DNA of 64,000 nucleotides from Blasia pusilla (lineage: Eukaryota): assembly GCA_050084515.1 (NCBI GenBank), contig CM114271.1, positions 46,128,001 to 46,192,000 of the forward strand. Direction: 5' to 3'. A program made the translations under genes and the position numbers. The notes beneath the pieces are model-generated. The model was not told the origin of the DNA. It did not search any database and saw only the letters and a program-made list of their open reading frames with translations. This document shows, piece after piece, positions 53,802-64,000 of the stretch. Numbering within the stretch: the stretch's first letter is position 1; each line of letters begins with the position of its first letter.

Positions 53802-54791
53802 TGCAGTAACGAAGTCTAAAGACCTAGCGCGAAGCTTGAAAAAGACAACGAAGCCTTATTAAGAACTTGTGTATGAAGTGCTTTGCTCCTGAACGAAGCA
53901 TGCAGAAGAAGAAGAGGAAGAAGTACTTCACTCTTCAACAAAGTACGAAGCACGAAGTACCAATGAAGAATTGAGCATTTCGTCCTCAAAGGAAGAGCTT
54001 CGGAGATTCAGACTTCGCAGCGAAGCGAAGCTAAGACGGACAGTGATTTCAAGCGACACATAGTTAGAACAGTTAGAATAGGAAAAGGCGCAACTCTTTG
54101 TATCAGATAGGTAGTTATGACAGTTTTGTTTTGCGGATTCATAGGGATCTTAGGAAAAGAGAAGAGCACCATAGATCTAGGTAGTTACAAATGTTGAAGA
54201 GACACCAGCTTCATGAAGAACGCTTTGAAGCTTTGGAACACTCCTACTTTAGAGAGTATTTAAGAAACATAAAAGTAGCTATCATCATCATTCTTTCACG
54301 AAGTCCTTATGATGTAGGAATGGTCAGAGCAAGGGAGTAGTACCCTCTCGAGCTTGTATAACACAGCTTTGAAGCTTTCTCATTCTTGATGGAGTAGTAA
54401 AGCACTCATTCCTTCATTCTGATGTGCGATGTTTATGTCTGAGTATTCTTTTTGGGTCTGCAGAGTGAAGAGTGAATCAGGCGAACCTTTCTCATAAATG
54501 GAATAATCAACATGTAGTTGTAGGAAATCTGTTTAACAGATTTCCTACAACGGATTGAGTTCCGAAAGTAGGAGAAGCCAACTTCCTTGTTGAGGTCTCT
54601 GTGAGGTTTCTTGATGTCGAGAGGAAATCTATATGAGCGTGATGTCAGCTCCACTAGAGAGAATTGAGGAAAGAAATCTTGGTACTAAGAGAGATCCGAC
54701 GATGTTGATAAGTCATTTAATCTAACTCATATACATTTAAATACAATTATTGCAAGAGAATTGTAATTTTGAACTCTCTTTGCACCAAACA
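53802..54791 (+). mobile_element. Possible solo LTR
   Basis: TG start, CGAAG-rich body, ends CACCAAACA; no TSD found and boundaries uncertain. Confidence 0.3.
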
Positions 54792-55205
54792 ATGATCCTC
54801 TTGGGGAGGTGCGGTAAGAGGAGAGGAAGAGAGGAAGAGAGGAGAGAGGAGAGAGGAAACTACCTTCAACCGAAATAGAGACTTTTTTTAAGAGAGTTTC
54901 CGTTGGGTTGAAGAGAGGAAAATTTTTTGTGAATTTGTTTGCACTTTTTTGTTCAGTTATTAATCAGTCCCACAGTTTTTTTTTCCTCTTCCATATTTTG
55001 GCAACCCCTCTGAGTCCGACGAGTTGCAAATTGCACAAAATTTAGAAAACTGAAAAATCAGTGGAATCATAAGTGTGGAACCAATCACTTTTTCTATCCA
55101 AGGTCTGGAAAAAATCTATCATTTGCCCCGGGCTGAATAGAGTTCAAGCTCAAAGTGAAGGTTGAGGAAAAATAAAAGTACAATCTAAAACCTCATTTTG
55201 CATCC

Positions 55206-58200
55206 TCAAAGTGGTTTGTTTAAAATACTTCGGACTTCTTTGAGGGACTGAATTGGTTGGTGGATTCCTACTCCTACCTCCGACTCTCTTAAAACTACCA
55301 GCAACACATAGTACATGAACTTACAAGGGAAATACCTTTTGCCACTTGTCTCTCTTTGGACAAAGTCATCACATGAACATGTGGGAAAGCAACAGATGTG
55401 CACCACATACACCCCTGTGACACTTGAATTTACAGTGTTGTTCCTGACCCAATACATCCTTCCTATTCCATTGCCACTCAAGACATCTTTCGTGGCGATG
55501 ATCTCCATTTTTGCCTCCCGAGCTTATGCAATTCGCTTTGCTCTCTCCACCGTTGGCCTACACATTCTGTTTCTCTTCACCCCATTTCTAGACTCAAACA
55601 GGAATAATGGATTGAGATCATCCACCTTCTCCGGGTACATGTTGGCATTAATCTTGGGTTGAATACGAAATGCGAAGGTCTCTGTAATGCGAACATGCTC
55701 TGAACTTCCCCCGTCTATGAGTGTGAAACCGGCACTTGTAGGACTGTCCAATTCGTCTTAAGTGCAGTTCGTACCTACGGCGATGGGCCAAATCGTGGGG
55801 GTATTCCCGGGAGCTCCAATGGCAGCCGGATAAGACTTCCGGAAAGCGCAAGATTCATTTGGGCCGAAGAAGTACTTCAATTGATCCCCGGTCCTCGTGA
55901 AACGATCAAAGGTTTTGAGTCCCCAAAACCCAGGCAGTGGTCGTCCAGTCCTTGTACAGTACTTATTTAGGAAAGTGCCGCATGCTCTCCTAATGCCATC
56001 AGATCCTGCCCTGCATGTGGGTCCACGTCTTGGGTTGCTCCGAGATATATGCCACCATTTTAGGTTGCAATCCACCTCCATAATTGGAATCCCATATTGT
56101 TGAACCACCCCAATGACAGGATGTTGCAAACTTCCAGCAACGGAGGGCTTTTGAAATAAAACATTCACTGATTTTGGAGAAGTAACTCCATCATGGATTT
56201 GGGACGGGTCCGGGATCCCCGAATACCTGGGCGGCGTTATTTCCTCATCCAAATCAATCACCGGATTTGTTCCTCGATGTTGCCTCTTCACCTGCCTGAA
56301 GTCAATATACTTATCTGGTCTCCACGAGTCTCGCTCGGACTGCTCTACCACCATCTGTATGGGATGTCTTGAAACCCGCCCATGAATATCCCCACCAATG
56401 TATACGTCTTGCTCGAGTGGAGTTCCAGCTACGCATCGATTGAAGGCTTCCACGTACATTTTTTCATCACCAGATCTCACAGCCGCCCTGACATAGAGCT
56501 CGTAGATCGACGGCCCCTTTCCTTTTGTTATGCCTTTTGTGAGAAAGATATGGGATGCTGCAGACTGTAGCTTTGCTCTTGCCTGGTCTTGTTGGCATGC
56601 CTCCACAAGTCGTTGGCATGCTTGTGACGACCTCCAAGAGGAATGAACACTTTCTGCTCCACTTGTGTTGAGGCAGAGGGCATTTTCATGAACGTTCAAT
56701 CCCTGCAACGACGGCAATGTTAGAAGGGAACGAAAATAGCTCAGGAGTCAAAGATATAAGCGACCTGTCGGAACCAGACAGGTTGCAGGCCCGAGGCATC
56801 CCATGAACGACTCTGTGACCCGTCGGGTCCCGACGTGTTGTAACCTTAAACCCACCTACTGCAACCCGTCGGAACCAGACGGGTTGCAAGGCCGAGGCAT
56901 CCCATGAATGACTCTGTGACCCATCGGGTCCCGACGGGTTGCACTCTCGGGCAACCCGTCGCATCCGAAAACTTGCTTGGTTTCTTGGGTTTGAAATCCA
57001 TATAGTTCCCACGCTTCTCACCCTGAGCTACAACTAAACAAACAATTCTCAGCGTGAGCTTGACAAGACAAAATAGTGAACTCACCTGCCGCATGAAGTT
57101 TCCCCATTGTCTCATACGTACAGTCCACCAACTCAACCAAGAGCGCAACTCTTTGTACTTCCCCTCAATGGCATGCTTCCTCCACCACCCATGAAGTTCT
57201 TCCTGGCATTCTATGGCCTGCTTCAAGGTTTTTCTGTCCTTGCAGCGTTGGAGTAGAGTGACATGCTCTGTCCTCTTATTCTCCTTGATGCAAGATTTGG
57301 TGTACGGGTCACGATCGTTGCCAATGGAAAGCATCCGACCTTTCCTCTCCGGTTGAACCTCTCCACCCAGAACACTTCTCGGATAGCAATCCACCCAGGT
57401 TGTGCATTGTCCGCCATGAACCCATAAATTTCCGGAGGTGGCCTTTTGTTTTCCTTCACCACCTCCAATAAGAGTAACCAAAGACATCTTCAAACCGCCA
57501 ACGTCTTTCCGCTTTACTTCACAGACATATATAGTTTTGAGTCCCTTCTCCACATGGTCATAAACGTGAGCACCCATCATCAACCATCCGTTCAGCACTC
57601 TGTAGCAAATATCAAAGCTTACCCAGCTCCCGTGAAGATCTTCCCCTTCCCTCATTCGATCTATAAGATCGAAGCCACTCGACGGACCTGTCGTTGACAT
57701 TTTGAAGACATAGGCCCTGGATCCCTCGCCTCCTTGGCCCATGAACTGCCATCTCTGAATGAATGGAAATCTGGAGTTGGCCTTGATTTTGGCAATGGCA
57801 TCCATTTCGTCCATCTTTCCATCCAGAACTCGTATTTGACGCAGAAAATTCCAGAAGCATTCAAGATCAGCGAGAAATGCGAGATTTTCCCAGAGTTGTT
57901 TCTCCTCAACCGCCGTGATCTCGCCCTGTGTAGGGATTCCAAGCAATTGTTCACAAATTTGTGATGCCGTTGTGAGCTTGATCACTCCGGGCTTTGAACC
58001 CGGAGAGTTTCTCAGAGACTCGGCTACTTTCTTCGCCACATCCTCCTTGATGTGTCTTTGAATTGCATCGGTCACAAGATGAGTGTGGGAGCCAACATGA
58101 ACTGCCAGCCTTGTGTACTCTGACGTGGAGCCCACGTCATGGACAATGAAAAATATGTATGCATGACACGCTCCAACGCAGAAGGGCGATGCCTGACAAT

Positions 58201-58861
58201 GAGGACATCGATGGCCTCCCGGCGGTATTGTGGCACCCACCTCGTATGGAGTTTCTGCATTCTTGGGGGGGAATTGCGACGTATTGACTCGCCCGTTGCG
58301 CTCTAGATACGGGCATGCTGGACTTCTACACTCCAAGGCTCCCACGCATTGGCGGCGGGAGACAATCCAAGGACCATCTGGAATGGAAGCACTGGTCCGT
58401 TGAAGCTTGCACCATCGATGACAATCAGACTTTCTGTCCATACCCTTCAGGCGTCCTCCATCTTTCTTTTGAGCAGGAGTAGCAAGTGGAGGCAACTCAA
58501 AAATGCAATTACCATCGTACGGCGGCAGCTTGTCGACAAGAATGTGCTTGAACATTTTCAAGGCCAGAGACGAAAGCAAACTATTGCCTGATACTCGCAA
58601 GAGGAACGAGTAGGCGAACAGAGGGGCCGAGTGGTGTCTGACTGATCCACTGAGGTTGATAACATCCGGAATCTCTTCGGGAAGAACAACATTGTTACGA
58701 GCGTGCGAAGTTGGAGTCGAAGCCGGATCTGCAGAGCTTGGAGTTGCAAACGTAGAGCTCGGAGCACTAGGAAATTCTAGACTTTCTACTTGGGAAACAG
58801 ACGAATTTAGGGCAGGCCGTAAACTCTGTATTGACCATTTGCTAGAGGTAGGAGATTCCAT
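55206..58861 (-). pseudogene. Mutator-like (MULE) transposase with N-terminal Cys/His (GCM/WRKY-like) domain and C-terminal SWIM finger; exons 58861-57086 and 56702-55206
   Basis: Acidic triad candidates WVSFD, GFMADNAQ..WIAIREVF (after a frameshift near 57470) and TSGAESVH; SWIM-like YVVHI...PTCSCDDF...PCKFMYYV; in-frame TAA at 55758 and 55524; GT-AG intron 57085-56703. Confidence 0.75.
56760..56976. repeat. Cluster of 27-bp palindromes in the transposase intron
   Basis: Five variants of GCAACCCGTCGGA-N-TCCGACGGGTTGC. Confidence 0.85.
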
Positions 58862-60127
58862 ACTTTACGGTCTGAGGTCACTGGCTAGACCGTCTCACCT
58901 ATTATGTCTTCCGTACCGTCCACCCTAACATCTTTGGATACAAAGATGGTTCCAATTTGGAGAAGAAATCGAACAGACAGAAGAAATTTTCATCCACTGC
59001 TATGAAAGATTCACGAGCTTGGGGTCGAATGATTTCTGATTGAGGAAGGGCCGCCAGATGACTGCCACAAGTGAGCTTAACATAATTATCCATTCCCAGA
59101 AATTTTGTACGGGAGGAGGGTGAGAATGAGAAAGAGAATCAGAATGAGAATGAGAATTTTTAATTTATAGTGAATAGGAAAACAGGTACTCCTGACAAAT
59201 TTTTAGTGACAAGATGAATTCGATGGGTGGATAGCTTGGCTCTTTTTGAATTTGATTGAAAAAAACTTCTATGAGTTTGCTCGACATACTCACTGGCCTG
59301 TCGGGGTGGTTTTGAGAGGCGAGAATGATCTGAATGCTGGTCAGGAAATTCAGTGCATAACGATCCAGGTTCCTGGGAAGACTGCAAAACTAAGGTCGGC
59401 ACTTTTATTCTTGAGTGCAGGTTCAGTGATTCATGCGGGTAAACTCATATTGGCTAAAGTAAAAAATAAGAAAATGGTAGAGAAAATAGGCACGGGGGTT
59501 GGTCAAATCAAAAACAATTTTTGTTTTACAACTTGAACACATTACCTTACTTTGAAACCAAAGCCATTTCTGACCTCTCGGTCCATTGGAAACTCGACCC
59601 TTTACTCTTTTCGTTTACTGCTTTTAACCTTTTTAGCACCAACTAATTCATTCAAGCGAGACTTCCGAGGGATACACTGGGCAAACCAATTCGCGTATAC
59701 GATGATGCCCGTAATGTGAAAGACTCTGAGGGAAGGACTGGCCAAGTATCCTACAAAAATACTCCCAAAAGCCAAAAGGATTAAAGGTATACAGAAATTC
59801 CGTTTGGGATATTCGCCCCGGTATTATGGTGAGCGTGGATTTAGCACTTTGCTTTATGTGAAAAAATTAATGACCTCTATTGCGACCGGGAGAACCCTAA
59901 ATCCTTACTAATCAAACGCTGCGTCGTTTCGGGCAAGAAATTAAGTAAAGTCGATTACCAAAAGTACTAGTTTTCAAAGCGAAAATGAGTGGATTCACCA
60001 CAAACAGAAAGAAAAGAACCTTTATACTAAACAATGGATCCAATTTTGTAAAAACACATTCAATTCTGTTGCAATGTGTTACCGGATTTGGGAAGCAGAG
60101 GGTTGCGAATCACACTTCATTTTGTTG

Positions 60128-60890
60128 GAACCCGTCGGAGTCCTGGTAACTCTAGAAGCTAACCGAAGCCTGCAACCCGTCGGCTTTGGACGGGTTGCAC
60201 GCTTCTGCCAAACATTGTCGAAGCGAACAACCCGTCGCTCTCTGACGAGTTGCTCGGATACCGCTCTTTCTTGTCCGAAGATGCCAGAGGCGTGCAAACC
60301 GTCTGTTCCCGACGAGTTCGCGGGTGCCTCACCTATTTGCCCAAAGACGGCGAGGCGTGCAACCCGTCGCCCTCCAACGGGTTGCGCAAGGGCCTCGCAA
60401 GTGTGCAGCCAGTCGGACTCCGACGACTTGTGCGGGAAGCCCGCGTTCTTAACCCTTCACGAGGGAAGCGTGTAACCCAACGGTCTCCGACGGATTTCCT
60501 GGGTACGTCCCGTTCCCGTCCCAAACACGGCGGAGGCGCGCAACATGTCGGTCTCCGACGGGTTGCGCGGGTACCTCGCGTTCTTTTCCGAAAACAACGG
60601 AGGCGCTCAACCCGTCAGTCTCCGACGGGTTGCTCGCGCACGTGGTGACGTACCCAGGATGCCGGAGGCGCGCAACCTGTCGGACTCTAATGGGTTGCCA
60701 TTTTTCACCTCCGGACTTCCGTAACCTCCGGCACGTCGCCGTCAAACGGACGACGGGTTGCTCGCGCACGTGGTGACGTACCCAGGATGGCGGAGGCGCG
60801 CAACCTGTCGAACTCCGACGTGTTGCCATTTTTCACCTCCGGACTTCCGTAACCTCCGGCACGTCGCCGTCGAACAGACGACGGGACCCA
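60128..60890. repeat. Cluster of about twelve 27-bp palindromes between the divergent genes
   Basis: Copies near 60172, 60226, 60294, 60359, 60404, 60472, 60540, 60607, 60672, 60800; TATAAATA at 60916 follows. Confidence 0.85.
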
Positions 60891-61017
60891 ACGGTCAGCC
60901 CAACGGCTAGAAAAGTATAAATAGGGCAGAAATCGCTCATTTCCGGTTTCTCATTTCGCGAACTCCATTCCTCACTCTCCCGCGCAGCAGCAGTTCAGAT
61001 ACGAAGGGGCGTTTCAC

Positions 61018-64000
61018 ATGGCGACACATCGCGAGTCGATACGAGGGAACGAGAGCGAGACGGTTCGACCGAACGAGAGCGAGACGGTTCGACTGAACGA
61101 TCGCGAGACGATTCGAGCTACCCATCAAGGCGATTCGAGCTACCCATCTCGACATCAGCAAGGCGATGATCAAGGGATTCATCGTGGACATAGGTGGAGG
61201 AATTTCGGAAAAATGACGAGGAAAAATCACAAGCCAACAAGTTCAGGAGCTTCACTCCGAAGTCCATTAGGACTCTGCGTCAAGATCTCCTGGGCCTCGT
61301 TCGCGAATGAAATTAGGCAGCAGGAAAGCGAGGAGCGGGAAAGGGAAGTGGAGATGCACAACTAGGTGCTTCTTGCAAGACGTGTTCAAGAGGCGCTCGA
61401 TAAACAGAACGCAGAGGCTGAGACGTCGCACGCCTTGAAGAAAAGGATCGCCGACGAAAAGAGAGAAAAAAAGCGTCTGGAGGCGTCGGTGAGGAGAGCA
61501 GAATTGGCTAAAGCGAGGAGGGAAAAAGCGATAGCCATTGACGATAGCCCATCCCGTCCAACCGAAAGTGTTGAGATGCGGGAAATGTCCCCCATGAAGT
61601 CCGGGGACACAATCAACATAGTGGAAATGCCAGAAGTTCAAATCGAGGACAACGAGGTCATGAGAACCGCCAGCGTGGAGATGGTGGACATTGCCAAAGA
61701 AGCCGGAGAGCGGTCCTTCTCGTCTCCAAGCCCGGCGGAAGACATCGACCTCTCTCGGATCGACGAGTTCCCAGTCGATTTGCCAGCTTGTGTCTCATAC
61801 AAGTTGGCTGGTCAAGAAACTGACCCCATCTTCAAGCGGGTAAGAGAGGATCTGGGTTTTATAAATTATGTGAATTGCAATTCATTGGGAATTCATTGTA
61901 GCTTATTGATCTTGTCCCGGTTCTGACAGGTGGTAAAGCAGATGGCAGTGATGGAGGGCCACAACGCCCCGAGGATTCCCCTCTGCCGATTGCACACAAT
62001 GGAATACGTCCGTGAAATTCAGTCCGACGAGGACATCGCAAAGCTTAAACAATCGGCGGCGACAGCATCTTACGTCGACAGCTTTCCTCCGTTCTATGTT
62101 CAGCCTTACGACGAGCATGGAACCCAAGCTCTGGTTACGGAGGAGGACTTGGAAAAGCTCGACACATTCTGTAGGATGCGAGACCAGGATTTCAGAAGGC
62201 AAGTAGAGGGCACGGAATTCAGCTGGATGAGGAATCTGCATTTCTTCATCTGGGATGGAAATCACAGGTTCATGGCGTGGACCAAGTTTGCGGAGGAGCG
62301 GCCCAACTCATTGGACGCACATTTTTGCGTGAAGGCAGTGGTCCTTCACCCATTCCCTCATCACATGGCGACGGTGGAGATGGCAATGCATGCCATGAAC
62401 ACGTGAGTATCTTCTTACTTTTACACTTACGCAACTCGTCAGACTCCGACGAGTTACTCGATTGATGAATGGGTTAGGTTTCTTTTTGCCGAAAGCAACA
62501 CGTCGGACTCCGACGAGTTGCTCGACTCGACGCTTTTTCAGGATGTTTTTTTAAGAATGCAACTCGTCGGACTCCGACGAGTTGTTTGATTGACCACAGA
62601 TTTAATTAGTTGTTGGCCCAAAGCAAACCGTCGGAGTCCGACGGGTTGCTCGACTCGCCGCCTTTTCAGGATGTATTTTGAAGAATGCAACTCGTCGGAC
62701 TCCGACGAGTTGTTCGACTGACCGCAGGTTTAGTATGGTTTTTGCCCAAAGCAACCCGTCGGAGTCAGACGGGTGGCTTGACTCGAAACTATTTTTGGCC
62801 GAAATCAACTCGTCGGAGTCCGATGGGTTGCATTCGGAAGTTGGTTCCCCAAATTTCACGTTAGTATGTTCAGTTGCACAACCCGTCGGAGTCCGACGGG
62901 TTGAAACCAGGCATTAGCAAATCTAAATGCAATCCGTCCGACTCCGACGGGTTGCATCATTTAGCTCGAACCTAGAATCCGACCTTGAGCTGTGACGACC
63001 CGTCGGAGTTCGACGGGTTGAAACCAGGCATTAGCAAATGTGAATGCAATCCGTCGGACTCTGACGGGTTGCATCATTTAGCTCAAACCTAGAATCCGAC
63101 CTTGAGCTGTGACGACCCGTCGGAGTCCGACGGGTTGCAGGAACCCATGTAATTTCCTGACGGGTTGAGTTTGGATGTGCAAGATTGTATCGGAGGGGAA
63201 TGTCACCCACCACTGGATCCAGGACTGCGATCGGGTGAGGAAGGTGCTTACGACGCACCCGGGAGAGTACAAGGGGTTCTTGGGCAATGCCCTTGTCAAT
63301 CAGATGCTTGCAAAGGGTGCTCAGATAAAGAAGAAAACTTGGGCAAATAAGTTTATTTTCCAAGATGCAGCCGTAACCATCCTTTTCTGGTCGAAGATAC
63401 AGGCCGCGAAGAAGAGCGTTGCATTGGAGCTGGAGCGGAGGGAGAAGGTATCTGCGTCTGAGCGCGCGAAATTCATCCAAGCTGCAGTATCTGCAGCAAC
63501 GAAATACACGGCGAGCAAGATGCAGCGATATATCAGCATTCTCAACCCCGAACTTGGTCCGGAGTTCTACAAGGAGATGAAGGCGATTATCAAGCGCCAG
63601 CGGAAAAGGGATGAAGATCCGCATGGTCGGATTGGGGAGAAAGTGTCCCTGGATCGCGTGCATCGGTTTGCGTTGTCCGGCATAAGCGAGTTTAGGAGGA
63701 TCCGACTGATGAAAATCAGTCTCGAGGGCCCAGAGGCCCAGAAGAGGGCGGCACACCATCCTCCAGGTGTGTCCGATCCAGTGATCTCCCAATGGCTACG
63801 CGAATGGTCGTTCTGGGACGCGTTGCGGGTTATCGGGAAGTCTGTGGTGGAGAGTCTACAAGCGGAGCTCAGAAGATTAGAGCCCATCTCGGATGAAGCA
63901 AACCTTGAAAGTTTTGGAGATTTTGAGGTTTGGCTCGACGACATCCGGGAGAAGCCAATGAAAAACCCAGGATTCAAGACAATGTTCAAGGTTTGCGTCC
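61018..64000 (+). pseudogene. Spliced gene with coiled-coil N-terminus and ParB/Srx-like motif; exons approx 61018-61839, 61930-62402, ~63183 to near window end; one in-frame TAG at 61363
   Basis: FFIWDGNHRFMAW; GT-AG intron 61840-61929; donor GTGAGT at 62403; stop-free frame IVSEGNVTHHWIQD... to the window end. Third-exon acceptor is unclear. Confidence 0.6.
62431..63138. repeat. Regular array of twelve 27-bp palindromes inside an intron
   Basis: First six start at 62431, 62495, 62559, 62623, 62687, 62751 (exact 64-bp period). Confidence 0.92.

Noticed and set aside
54888-54900. TTAA|GAG as a Sola3-like transposon terminus
   Set aside because: The transposase looks MULE-like and the other end is outside the window, so the terminus cannot be verified.
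62431-62777. CRISPR-like array (27-bp palindromic repeat, 37-bp spacers)
   Set aside because: Spacers are not unique (2 resembles 4; 1, 3 and 5 resemble each other, giving a 128-bp higher-order repeat), it lies in a spliceosomal intron and no cas genes are present.

Overview
Eukaryotic, intron-rich plant genomic DNA, probably a non-seed land plant (inference). Four intact-looking spliced host genes: choline/ethanolamine kinase (-), UFD1-family/zinc-finger protein (+), deoxyhypusine synthase (+) and an RDR1/2-type RNA-dependent RNA polymerase (-). The standout is a decayed Ty3/gypsy-like retrotransposon family: a full-length copy (4840-14979, -) nested in a 5'-truncated copy (~314-16217, +), plus relics and a solo repeat. 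Its polyprotein reads gag - protease - DNMT3-like C5 methyltransferase - RT - RNase H - DDE integrase - PHD finger. Instead of two equal LTRs it has split direct repeats (A ... B-A-B), no tRNA primer site and a 4-bp target duplication. The right end holds a decayed Mutator-like transposase (SWIM finger) head-to-head with a spliced gene bearing a ParB/Srx-like DGNHR motif. About 30 copies of a 27-bp palindrome lie in the introns of both genes and between them. All calls are by-eye motif and repeat recognition; no database searches were run.
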